From a virus: a stretch of DNA of 64,000 nt. The DNA is taken from positions 1 through 64,000 of the IMG/VR virus record IMGVR_UViG_3300020190_000012; one strand, given 5' to 3'. Both the position numbers and the translations under genes were made by a program. Position 1 is the first letter of the stretch. Every line of letters starts with the position of its first letter. Shown piece by piece: positions 39,728-48,401 of the stretch. Below the pieces are notes generated by a model. That model made no database searches and had not been told where the DNA came from. It worked only from the letters and a program-made list of their open reading frames with translations.

Positions 39728-40020
39728 GTCCTGATGCTCAAGGGGGCGTTGAGCATGATGCGACACATGTTCAACACATGGGTGGTATCAGCATCTGATT
39801 CGCCAGCAGCGAACTTAACCAAAAGTCCGTTGTCAAGAGCAATACCCCTCCCTGAAAGCAAAATGTTTCTAAAATTTTGAGTTATCCTATTCACTGCAGG
39901 ATCATCATTGTTGATGATGTGATTTTTCATCTCTTCAGTGGCAAGGGCGTAAAAGAAACAATCATCCTCCCCTGCAACCTTGTCAAGCAACTCTCGCAAA
40001 ACTTTCTTGTTTACGATCAT
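39724..40020 (-). CDS. Hypothetical protein
   Basis: 98 aa, overlap-coupled, GGTGGTG upstream. Confidence 0.55.
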   Translation of the reverse strand: MIVNKKVLRELLDKVAGEDDCFFYALATEEMKNHIINNDDPAVNRITQNFRNILLSGRGIALDNGLLVKFAAGESDADTTHVLNMCRIMLNAPLSIRT

Positions 40021-41015
40021 ACACCACCACCTGTAAATATGTACCTAAACCATCTACTCCTGCCGCCAGGTAAAGTGTATTCAGGAGTGACAATATTTCT
40101 ACTCTTGGGATATGGGCCAAGTTTCTTGCCATCCAAGAAGCCTTTTACACTCTCTTCATAATTCTTTTTCAAAGTGTCTAGACTGCTCGAAAGATTTGAC
40201 GCACGCTCAGCACCGCCAAAAACAAGTTGCGGCTCCTGAAAAGCCAAAGACAGCATCATCTCTCTTATGGCATCGGCTGCGGCGCCGTAAAGAACAGCTG
40301 GGACAATCTCGCTTGGCACTGAAAAAAGACTGTAGTTGCTTCTGGGTGGATAAAAATTGAACTTGCCAAGTGCATTCGCCAAAAATCTGTACAACTGATC
40401 ATTGGAAAACCATCTGAAATTGTAGTCGGCATTCACAATGTCATATGATGTCAATGGTATGTCAAATGTAACTGTACCACGAAAATAATTCGTAGAAAAG
40501 CCCTCGTCTACGATGTTATTGTTTCTGTAGATTATGACGCCTGCTGACTGATTCCACCTCGGGAAAGAAAAGGCGAAAGTGGCGTTGTCTTTTGATGTAC
40601 GACCCTGCTCAAAATACACAGGTATGTTCATGGTTGGTCTTATGTGGTATTCAAGAGCAACTATAAGATCCCTAACCTGCCCAAAGTAAACACCTTCTGG
40701 ATCTGGTCTCTCATTTATGACAACCTCTTGCGTAATCGTGTTTGTTTCAATCCCATCATTATATGACCAGGTTAAATCCCAACGACCAACTTCTGCATCA
40801 GATGCAACCGACCATATGTATGCATAATAACCGTCAGATATCGTAATTGCGGTGTCTGCATCGACATCAACCTCTCCAGACGGACTGGTCAGAGTCACAG
40901 ACACATCAGTGGCTGCGACGGGCTGAGAGTTGAGAGATGTCAAACACAGGAACAAACTGTTTGAAGTGCCTTGGGTAAATGTTCCTTGAGACTCTGTCGA
41001 TTGACTTAGTGCCAT
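40017..41015 (-). CDS. Putative head completion/neck protein with N-terminal Ig-like domain
   Basis: GYYAYIW..VGRWDLTW Ig-like N-terminus; FSNDQLYRFLANALGKFN..PP..VLYGA adaptor-like helical part. Confidence 0.5.
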   Translation of the reverse strand: MALSQSTESQGTFTQGTSNSLFLCLTSLNSQPVAATDVSVTLTSPSGEVDVDADTAITISDGYYAYIWSVASDAEVGRWDLTWSYNDGIETNTITQEVVINERPDPEGVYFGQVRDLIVALEYHIRPTMNIPVYFEQGRTSKDNATFAFSFPRWNQSAGVIIYRNNNIVDEGFSTNYFRGTVTFDIPLTSYDIVNADYNFRWFSNDQLYRFLANALGKFNFYPPRSNYSLFSVPSEIVPAVLYGAAADAIREMMLSLAFQEPQLVFGGAERASNLSSSLDTLKKNYEESVKGFLDGKKLGPYPKSRNIVTPEYTLPGGRSRWFRYIFTGGGV

Positions 41016-41788
41016 CAGAATTTCCTCAAGTCTTGCGAGGTTCTTCCTGTTGATGTTACTTCAATACGACCGGGAATACCTGCTTGAGAAACCTGAACAC
41101 TAGGCATAGGAGAGCCAAAACCGACAACTGCTCCAGAAGGAGATTCAAAACACAAGGCATACATTCCGGATTTTATCGCCACCACCATGGCATCAGTCAA
41201 TTCAGTAAACTTCAAAGATCCATATGGCGGACTATAAGAAACTCGCCTGAGGTCTTGTGTGGTTCTTAGACCTGCATCTACTGTACGCAGTGAAACTCTG
41301 CTGACCTGCGCAGTAGATGTTCCTGCGGACACCTTGGCGTATACAACTTTATCATTGAAAGGATAGAAAACCGATGCAGATCCAGCCCTAGATCCAGACA
41401 TAAAAAAGTTGTCAAACCTACTGTTTTCGTCAGATGAAAAGGCTCGCAAAGCGATTTGCGAAGGATCGTTCCCGCGAATAGCCACGCCAAGAACAGGATC
41501 CCACAACAACTCCTCATGAGACATAAGCAGATCATCAGCAGCTGGCGAAGCTCCCATCATCTCATAGATGCAGACATTCACTTTATCATTTTTAATGCCG
41601 TCAGCCACTACTGAAGCCGCATACATCGGGAAATGGAGCAAATCCAAAGTTATGACTGCAGCAGAATGTGTTATGGCAGATGAAAAAATGCCTGAAGACG
41701 GGTTTAGCTTTAGACCATCTTCTGATGTGCATATACAGTAAAAAACAGATTGTCTTGGTGCAATAAATCTCACCGAAAATGACGGCAT
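41015..41788 (-). CDS. Hypothetical protein
   Basis: 257-aa ORF in the operon, 1-nt overlap with next gene. Confidence 0.55.
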   Translation of the reverse strand: MPSFSVRFIAPRQSVFYCICTSEDGLKLNPSSGIFSSAITHSAAVITLDLLHFPMYAASVVADGIKNDKVNVCIYEMMGASPAADDLLMSHEELLWDPVLGVAIRGNDPSQIALRAFSSDENSRFDNFFMSGSRAGSASVFYPFNDKVVYAKVSAGTSTAQVSRVSLRTVDAGLRTTQDLRRVSYSPPYGSLKFTELTDAMVVAIKSGMYALCFESPSGAVVGFGSPMPSVQVSQAGIPGRIEVTSTGRTSQDLRKF

Positions 41789-41791
41789 GAC

Positions 41792-42553
41792 TTATGTTTC
41801 CATCATTTTGTCAACTATGCCTCTTGGATTAGGATCGACGCCAAAAGCAATCATATTTGCAGCAACTCCGGCAACAAAGGCGTTGGCAAAACTAGAGCCT
41901 CTAGAATCCATAAATCTGTCTCCAACAGTCATCGTGTCATATGTCCAATTTGGCATAGTTATCCTGATGCCGTCAGCAGATGGGGAGTTAACACCGCCTA
42001 CTGCCACTGAAATAACCCCAGAATCCGAGGATGGGAAGGCATAAGAGCGTGTGTCAGGAACTGCAGAAAATATTAGTATGTCCTTTGAAAGCAACTTTTT
42101 TATCACCTCTGAGGCGAGATGTTCTTCTTCAGAAGATGTAATACTACAAACCACCATGTCACATTGGGAAGCCATGCACCACAAAAGTCCTCCAACAAGA
42201 GCAGATATGTCTCCTGACCCATCCGACTTTGCACACTTGGCGTGAAAGAAACTAGCTTCATGACAAAGACCTGGCATGCCAGAGGCATGAGAAGAAGATA
42301 AAATGCCGGATACAGAAGTCCCGTGGCCATCTCGGTCGTATGGCTCTTCGTCATCAACCATGCTCACTTGCCTGCTACTATTATTCAACTTGATATCCCT
42401 GTGTATGGGAGCCCCAGTGTCTACAACCCCGATCTTGAGAGATGAGCAGTCAGCCCTCTCAACTCTGAAGCCGCCATGTGCTGGCAAGACAACCTTCCTA
42501 ACCCTGGGCGATATTCTCAGTCTTCTATCCGGAGGAAAATTACCCAACACCAT
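41792..42553 (-). CDS. Compact S8 subtilase, divergent
   Basis: KIGVVDTG, DRDGHGTSVSGIL, RGSSFANAFVAGVAA; SAVP where SAGN is usual. Start 42553 or 42592. Confidence 0.85.
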   Translation of the reverse strand: MVLGNFPPDRRLRISPRVRKVVLPAHGGFRVERADCSSLKIGVVDTGAPIHRDIKLNNSSRQVSMVDDEEPYDRDGHGTSVSGILSSSHASGMPGLCHEASFFHAKCAKSDGSGDISALVGGLLWCMASQCDMVVCSITSSEEEHLASEVIKKLLSKDILIFSAVPDTRSYAFPSSDSGVISVAVGGVNSPSADGIRITMPNWTYDTMTVGDRFMDSRGSSFANAFVAGVAANMIAFGVDPNPRGIVDKMMET

Positions 42554-43265
42554 CGGGCAGAACCTCCTCTTCAACCATGTCCGCAAAACCAAAAACAGGA
42601 CTGCGGGCCATTGAAGACCTTAGCAGAAGAGCTCTGCCACCACCCGAGGCACAGCCCCATGCGCATACAGGGTCATCTGTTACCAGCGCACACACGGTTC
42701 TACTCTCTTCGATTCTCTTCACTAAACTCTTGCGGACAGGCACGTGCCAAAGCCTGCCTGTCTCGAAAAACTTTGACTTGATAGCCATGCGGAGGGAGTC
42801 ATTAGAAATTGAAACACCCTGCCTGTCGTGCATTTTGGGAGAAAACTGAGTATAAAAACTTGGCAGCACAACATCGTCAAAATGAAACGCCTTAGACAGA
42901 GAAGATAGAACAGACTGATCCTCAAGGTACGCAGAAAGTATGTGAGAAAATCTTGCTTCTGTTGCCACTATAGATCCACGATCAAGCACAAAACCAGAAG
43001 CATCAAGACTAAACGCATGACGGCAGTCAACCATGGAATCTGAAACGCATATAACCTCATCAAACTGCCCCCTAGAAACAGTGTGCAGATTAGCAAAAGA
43101 TGGCTTAGTTGGAAGCATCTGCTGAAGCCCATCCTCCCATCCCGCTGAGGAAGAAACAGTAAGTTCACACCGCCCATCATGTATACGCTTCATGATCTGA
43201 AGCACTGAAGAGGTGATGAGTATGCCCCATTCAGATGGAGGCGGAATCAAACATATCTTTTTCAT
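42540..43265 (-). CDS. Divergent GT9 (heptosyltransferase)-like glycosyltransferase
   Basis: KICLI..ILITSSVLQIMKR..ELTV, FDEVICV, IEESRTVCALVTDDPVCAWGCASGG.ALLL resembles the GT9 ITNDSGPMHLAAA motif. Confidence 0.5.
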   Translation of the reverse strand: MKKICLIPPPSEWGILITSSVLQIMKRIHDGRCELTVSSSAGWEDGLQQMLPTKPSFANLHTVSRGQFDEVICVSDSMVDCRHAFSLDASGFVLDRGSIVATEARFSHILSAYLEDQSVLSSLSKAFHFDDVVLPSFYTQFSPKMHDRQGVSISNDSLRMAIKSKFFETGRLWHVPVRKSLVKRIEESRTVCALVTDDPVCAWGCASGGGRALLLRSSMARSPVFGFADMVEEEVLPDGVG

Positions 43266-43266
43266 T

Positions 43267-43869
43267 TTATAGCCTTATTTCGGCAGCGTTTCTGATCCCG
43301 CCGGGCAAAACATCATCGTCATCATCAGCTACCATATCATCACTATCTCTCCTACGCACAGAGCGTCGAGATTTCTTACTTGCTGCTTGAGCTTCTTTCT
43401 TGAGTTTCAGTTGCTCGTTGTGTGCCTGACATATGGCTGACAATTCCTGTCTAGACAACCTGATCAGACGACCTGATGATATTAAAGACAACACCTGGGC
43501 CGGAATGTCTCCATATTCTTTTTTAATCAAGGATAAAGACTTACCATCTGTTTTGCCATCAAACTTTAAAGGAGGCTTAAGATTGGTTAATATCAAGCAT
43601 CCATCCTTAGTCGAAGCTATAAGGTCTTTCTCTTGTGATGCCTGATGGGCAGAAGAAACAACGCCTGCAAACACAGGAAGAGAAACAGTCTGCGAAACAG
43701 AGTGATTCCCCAAGACCACATCTTTGAGAGTCATCAAACCACCATCAACCACGACTGGCACGTTCATCAGTTCGGGATGAACCACCACCCTATCAACGGG
43801 AAGAGAATAAACCTTTTCTCCCATAAACACAACCCTGTTAAAATCTCTGTCATAAAATGCTTTCATCAT
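43267..43869 (-). CDS. Hypothetical protein carrying the shared ~55-aa module
   Basis: STKDGCLILTNLKP..QVLSLISSGRLIRL; basic/acidic tail. Confidence 0.55.
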   Translation of the reverse strand: MMKAFYDRDFNRVVFMGEKVYSLPVDRVVVHPELMNVPVVVDGGLMTLKDVVLGNHSVSQTVSLPVFAGVVSSAHQASQEKDLIASTKDGCLILTNLKPPLKFDGKTDGKSLSLIKKEYGDIPAQVLSLISSGRLIRLSRQELSAICQAHNEQLKLKKEAQAASKKSRRSVRRRDSDDMVADDDDDVLPGGIRNAAEIRL

Positions 43870-45209
43870 CTTGTCACTAGGCCTTTGAATTGCGAAATAA
43901 CGGCGTCTGCAGAGCAGATATCAGTTAATTTTGATGCTGCCCTTAAAGCCATCAAATTTCTCTTTTTGTCAGATGCAGACCAACATGCTCTCATAGATTC
44001 TCCAAATCTTTGGATAAATTCTACACCAACTGTATCCGCCATAACCGTCCCATCCCATAAAATTGTGCCAGTTATGCCAGGCTTAATGGTGTTCTTATTA
44101 ACATCAACCAAAAAGGCTGAAGAATCATCGAGAAAATCGAGTTGACCGCCAAACCTTGGGGCAACTGAAGGTATGCCGCACATGGCGGCTTCTGCATAAG
44201 GAAGACAAAATCCCTCTCCTCGAGCAGCTAGCACGCATGCATCCACAGATCTGTACAATTTAGCAAGATCTGCTTCAGTAATATTTTTGGATATCCTGAC
44301 CACAAGGGGCGGATGCTTCTTGCCACACTTTGACACCAAATCAGAAACCGTGTTTGCGAATCGTTTTTGAGCATCTTCTCCGCGCTTATCTCTATGCGCC
44401 ACGATGAGACAGACATCATCTGATGGGTCAAATTCATTAAGAAATGACTCGATTACATTGGTTCCAACCTTTCTAGGGCTCATCCCGAATATCGTAAAGA
44501 ACTTGAAACTTGGTAGAGGATGTGAGAATTGATATTCTGCGCCTTTGGTGCAAAAAACACCGTCGTTAATGTGTGGGCTCAAGACTTTGGCATCAATTCC
44601 GTACTTTCTGAAAGTGTCACAGCAGAATTTGCTTACGCACCAAACCTTTTCATACTTCTTGGCAGAGGTCACAACAGCATCATTAAGGGTCTCTGATTCA
44701 ACAGTCGTATAGAGGACTCTAATGCCAGATTGGCCTGGCGAACCAAATGTAGGAACCACACTATGTATGTCAAGCATGCCTTGACATCTTGGCCTTATTG
44801 GTAATCCGCATCGTGCGTCTTCGTACAAAAGCTGAGGCTTACCAAGGTCTACTGGGTCAACGCTTACTGAAATGTTTTTTGCCGTAAGTACCCTAACCAA
44901 ACCTCTGTTCACCTTGCCATATCCTGAGTAGTCTAAAAATTGACCCCTGACAACGACATCATCAAACATGGCATCACCAGATGGCTTCTTCGCTTTCGAT
45001 GACATTTTTGCTAGCGCGACCTCTATGCCGTCGGTCTGATCGTGATCTACCACAACAACATAGCCCTTTGCAACCGCCGAACGAAGAGATGGCGCGGATC
45101 TCACCCGATCTGACGGTATCTCAAATTTATCACCATCATCACCAGCGGGGATGCGGTCATCCCATTCGGGAACATATACGGGTATACCAAGGGCGTTTCT
45201 TACGATCAT
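43866..45209 (-). CDS. GT4-like glycosyltransferase with N-terminal ~55-aa extra module
   Basis: DYSGYGKVNR, YTTVESE, VWCVSKF, PRKVG, LYRSVDACVLAARGEGFCLPYAEAAMCGIP (intact EX7E), GGQLDFL. Confidence 0.9.
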   Translation of the reverse strand: MIVRNALGIPVYVPEWDDRIPAGDDGDKFEIPSDRVRSAPSLRSAVAKGYVVVVDHDQTDGIEVALAKMSSKAKKPSGDAMFDDVVVRGQFLDYSGYGKVNRGLVRVLTAKNISVSVDPVDLGKPQLLYEDARCGLPIRPRCQGMLDIHSVVPTFGSPGQSGIRVLYTTVESETLNDAVVTSAKKYEKVWCVSKFCCDTFRKYGIDAKVLSPHINDGVFCTKGAEYQFSHPLPSFKFFTIFGMSPRKVGTNVIESFLNEFDPSDDVCLIVAHRDKRGEDAQKRFANTVSDLVSKCGKKHPPLVVRISKNITEADLAKLYRSVDACVLAARGEGFCLPYAEAAMCGIPSVAPRFGGQLDFLDDSSAFLVDVNKNTIKPGITGTILWDGTVMADTVGVEFIQRFGESMRACWSASDKKRNLMALRAASKLTDICSADAVISQFKGLVTR

Positions 45210-45232
45210 AGTATGTTATCGGAGAGAAACAC

Positions 45233-45718
45233 ATGATTCTTAGCCAAACAGGGTATAGTTATCAAATCAGAGGCCTTGGCGGACTTGGAAAGCTCAGATT
45301 GAGCGTTGGGTTATCGAACACATGCAGACTAGAACCATTGTGCACAGATACCACGCCTGACGGATATTCTTACATATCACTAGGGGGGTTCAGAATAGGG
45401 ACATCAACCTACGGACAAGGAAGGGCAATGTGGGTGTATCGTCCAGAAGAGATGTCTTTAGATAATGTCTATGAAACAGTGTGGAATGGACTAAAATTTG
45501 AAGTTGCAACAAACGCTAATAATAAATCTTTTTGCTCCTATACGATATCTTACAGTTCAGAAACGCCCACGTCTAATAATATGATCAGAATAGGAGGGGG
45601 CAACATATCTGTCGATGCTTCAGGAAGAGTTTTGTTCGCAGATCAAGAAGGAAGTCAAGGACGACCACGAGAATTCAAAGAGGCGGTCATAGGTTCTATG
45701 ACTAATAACGCTAGGTAG
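45233..45718 (+). CDS. Beta-rich hypothetical protein, paralog of the next gene's N-terminal domain
   Basis: GGAG RBS; aligns over its length with 45799-46758. Confidence 0.75.
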   Translation: MILSQTGYSYQIRGLGGLGKLRLSVGLSNTCRLEPLCTDTTPDGYSYISLGGFRIGTSTYGQGRAMWVYRPEEMSLDNVYETVWNGLKFEVATNANNKSFCSYTISYSSETPTSNNMIRIGGGNISVDASGRVLFADQEGSQGRPREFKEAVIGSMTNNAR

Positions 45719-45798
45719 ATTTGACGATATGTGGGCAGTATCTCTCTATTCTCACTCTATCCTGTCCGAAGGCGAATGGTGAGTGGAAAAAATTAACA

Positions 45799-46758
45799 AT
45801 GGAAATCACAAATACTGGATACACTTCTGAAGAAAAAAACATTGGGGGTGCTGGGAAGTTACTTATTGATATTGGAACCACAGGCACCTGCAGGCTAGAA
45901 CCAGTCTCAACAATATATACACCAGATGGAAATTCTTACATATCTTTAGGTGGGTTTCAAATAGGCACGGCTACTTTTGGATCAGACAGAGCACTGTGGG
46001 TGTTCACTCCAAACATGTCTACAAACAATTTAGAAGAGACACACTGGCGTGGTCTCAAGTTTGAAATAGTGTCAGATACAAATTACAAAGCACTTTGTTC
46101 ATACAATATATCATACTCTAGGGAGAACGATACAACTAATAATTATGTGTGGATCGGAGGTGGCAGGATAAGCATCGACATATTAGGCAGAATCCTGACG
46201 GTGAACAAGGGCATCCCAGAAGAGACTAAAGAAGCAATGATTGGGTCTAAAAGGGTCACCTTGGGTAGGTTCGGCAATTATTGGGGTATAGCAATCTATT
46301 CTCGTTTCACATCATGCGCCCAGAGCACAATAAATCCTCAACTGGCAAATAGTATTATTCTGCAGAACTCATCATCATACACAAGAACAGTTTTGACAAC
46401 AACATTTGATCCACTAGTTCCATGCCCTGACGGGATACAAATTTGGCTGCAAAATACAAGCGATACCGCCACGAACCAAATATATTTTGAGGTCAGTACC
46501 AATGGAGGAACAACGTGGACGGATATAGTTCCAGACATTTCGAGCCCGAGCGGGTCGACAGTGACAATTTTGCCAGATAAGGAATTTGGAACGGATATAC
46601 TACTTACAGTCAGCCCTTGGTCAGAATTTTTTGAAGGTTCACCTAAATTTAACGAGAATTGGGGACAAGAAGTTCCAACCACACATATATTTACTGTGAA
46701 AAACATTAGCGACAATTCCGCCATCCAAACAATAACCGTTAACATAGACAGCGTCTGA
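45799..46758 (+). CDS. Beta-rich hypothetical protein with extra C-terminal domain
   Basis: Start MEITNTG at 45799 chosen by paralog alignment; FEVSTNGGTTWTDI in the C-terminal part. Confidence 0.75.
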   Translation: MEITNTGYTSEEKNIGGAGKLLIDIGTTGTCRLEPVSTIYTPDGNSYISLGGFQIGTATFGSDRALWVFTPNMSTNNLEETHWRGLKFEIVSDTNYKALCSYNISYSRENDTTNNYVWIGGGRISIDILGRILTVNKGIPEETKEAMIGSKRVTLGRFGNYWGIAIYSRFTSCAQSTINPQLANSIILQNSSSYTRTVLTTTFDPLVPCPDGIQIWLQNTSDTATNQIYFEVSTNGGTTWTDIVPDISSPSGSTVTILPDKEFGTDILLTVSPWSEFFEGSPKFNENWGQEVPTTHIFTVKNISDNSAIQTITVNIDSV

Positions 46759-46771
46759 TTATCAGATGATA

Positions 46772-46807
46772 TAAAAAGAACTGCCCACCCCTTTCGGGGT
46801 GGGCAGT
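46772..46807 (-). terminator. Rho-independent terminator after major capsid gene
   Basis: 12-bp stem ACTGCCCACCCC-GAAA-GGGGTGGGCAGT followed by TCTTTTTA on the minus strand. Confidence 0.9.
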
Positions 46808-46833
46808 CGTGCTTCAAAATTCACCCGAACCTA

Positions 46834-47703
46834 TCAGGTGGTTGTAGCCTCCACGGTGATGACGGACACAGCGTAGTCGTTCATGACCACGATGCCGACT
46901 TCCTCGTAGATCACCCAACCAAGACGCAACTTCTTCGGATCATCAGCGGGAAGGACAGTGATGTCCTGGCGGATGGGGAAGGCGCCCACGGTGTCGGGAC
47001 TTGCAGTAACGATGACCTTGCTGTCATCGAGTTGGCTGGACACATGGATATCAGCCGTCCACAGGTGACCGTAAAGACCAGTGGTGAGGATCTCACGTGT
47101 GGTGGCCTCATCATAGAAGTCTTTACCGAAGCTGCGAACTGCCGAATAGGACTCAGGGTGCATGACCACCTTTGAGGCCACCAGATCGTGGGTCTCAATG
47201 TTCTTGTAGGCAGAGTTCAGAGACGCAGTCTCCAAAGTGCCGCTGTTGGTGATCTCGTTAGATGATGTAGTAGCAGCAATCAGAGCGTTGAAGATATTGC
47301 GATCCTCTTCCTTCTGGATTGCCTCTTTTGCCTTGATCTGGGCACGGTCAACGATGTAGAAGCGACGTGCTTTGATCTCGGACAAACGGATGGTGGGGTG
47401 TGCTGCGATCTCGAATGTGGGGACAAGAACTTCCTCACCCTCGGTGATCTGATCAGGCACTGCACCCTGACGGGCAACGACTACTGCCACGGAGGCAACA
47501 TCGCGCTCGTAGCGGGGAAGAGCGCCCTGTGGGAGCTCGTCCACCATCAGGAGCTTGCGACCGACGGCCTGGTACTCCAGGGAACGCCGAATCGGCTCCA
47601 CCATCGCCTGGGCAAGGGCAACGCGCCCCTCCTCAGTCGACAAGGCCTGTGCGATCACGGCCTCTTTCTCATCGTAAGTCAAACCATCTTTGTTGATGCT
47701 CAT
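46834..47703 (-). CDS. Major capsid protein (HK97 fold)
   Basis: EGRVALAQAMVEPIRRSLEYQAVGRKLLMVDELPQGA, VPTFEIA, IQKEED, VVMHP, LGWVIYEEVG; AGAAAGGA RBS before ATG 47703; strong codon bias; terminator follows. Confidence 0.92.
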   Translation of the reverse strand: MSINKDGLTYDEKEAVIAQALSTEEGRVALAQAMVEPIRRSLEYQAVGRKLLMVDELPQGALPRYERDVASVAVVVARQGAVPDQITEGEEVLVPTFEIAAHPTIRLSEIKARRFYIVDRAQIKAKEAIQKEEDRNIFNALIAATTSSNEITNSGTLETASLNSAYKNIETHDLVASKVVMHPESYSAVRSFGKDFYDEATTREILTTGLYGHLWTADIHVSSQLDDSKVIVTASPDTVGAFPIRQDITVLPADDPKKLRLGWVIYEEVGIVVMNDYAVSVITVEATTT

Positions 47704-47719
47704 TGTGTTTTTTCCTTTC

Positions 47720-47760
47720 TCCGACACCCCCTGATTCACGCATCAGGGTGGTAAGTCGGA
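47720..47760 (-). promoter_or_regulatory. Stem-loop just upstream of the capsid RBS
   Basis: TCCGAC/GTCGGA outer and CCCTGAT/ATCAGGG inner pairing. Confidence 0.45.
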
Positions 47761-47767
47761 AGATTCA

Positions 47768-48349
47768 TTAGGCAGATTGGACGTTCAGGGCAATTCGAAT
47801 GAAGTTGCCCAGCGATGCATGACCATCAAGATCGGTACCAGGAATACCGCTTGGATACATATTCTGTGCAGCAATCAGAAAACCGACCTTGTTGCCGTTG
47901 TTGGTGGCGGTGGTCGTGATTTTGCCAGAGTTAGTAGCCTGCCCGACATAGACAGCAACGCCTGCGGCGTTGTCGCTTGCGGCGTCGAACTCAGTGGAGA
48001 CATACTGGTCAGTCAAGAACTCGCCCGCGCCCGTGTAGACGGTGATCTTGCCAGAAGCAAGGGTCTCGTCGAACATATCGCTTACGCGATTGCTGGTGGT
48101 GCGGGTGCTACCAGAACCGTTGACAACGACAGACGCAGAGTATGCGTTGCCGCTGGTGCTGGCGAGCTTGCTGTCACCGGCCAAACCAATGGTGAAACCA
48201 CCGGAAGTGTCTGGCAGTTTGACATAGGGACGCAGATCACTTGCGGTGTCTACGGCCAGAGCTACGCCCATGCCCTCTGTGATGTTGCCGCTGCCACTAG
48301 CGACGGCAAACTGTGTTGCGATTGTGTGATGAACTGGAATCAGTGCCAT
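47768..48349 (-). CDS. Capsid decoration/cement protein
   Basis: Between scaffold and MCP; AAAGGA RBS before MALIP; ETLASGKITVYTGAGEFLTDQY beta-tulip-like pattern. Confidence 0.7.
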   Translation of the reverse strand: MALIPVHHTIATQFAVASGSGNITEGMGVALAVDTASDLRPYVKLPDTSGGFTIGLAGDSKLASTSGNAYSASVVVNGSGSTRTTSNRVSDMFDETLASGKITVYTGAGEFLTDQYVSTEFDAASDNAAGVAVYVGQATNSGKITTTATNNGNKVGFLIAAQNMYPSGIPGTDLDGHASLGNFIRIALNVQSA

Positions 48350-48401
48350 GTTGGGTTCCTTTACCCTTCTTTGGTGAAAAATCCTCTCAAGCCGTCGGTC
48401 T

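Noticed and set aside
29931-45232. CCGATAA shortly upstream of two starts (29930, 45209) as a late promoter
   Set aside because: Only two instances; cannot establish a motif without a systematic search.
45210-46780. Invertible cassette explanation for the plus-strand island
   Set aside because: No flanking inverted repeats seen and no recombinase in the window.
46834-47703. Encapsulin nanocompartment
   Set aside because: Portal, protease, neck and tail genes around it make it a phage capsid.
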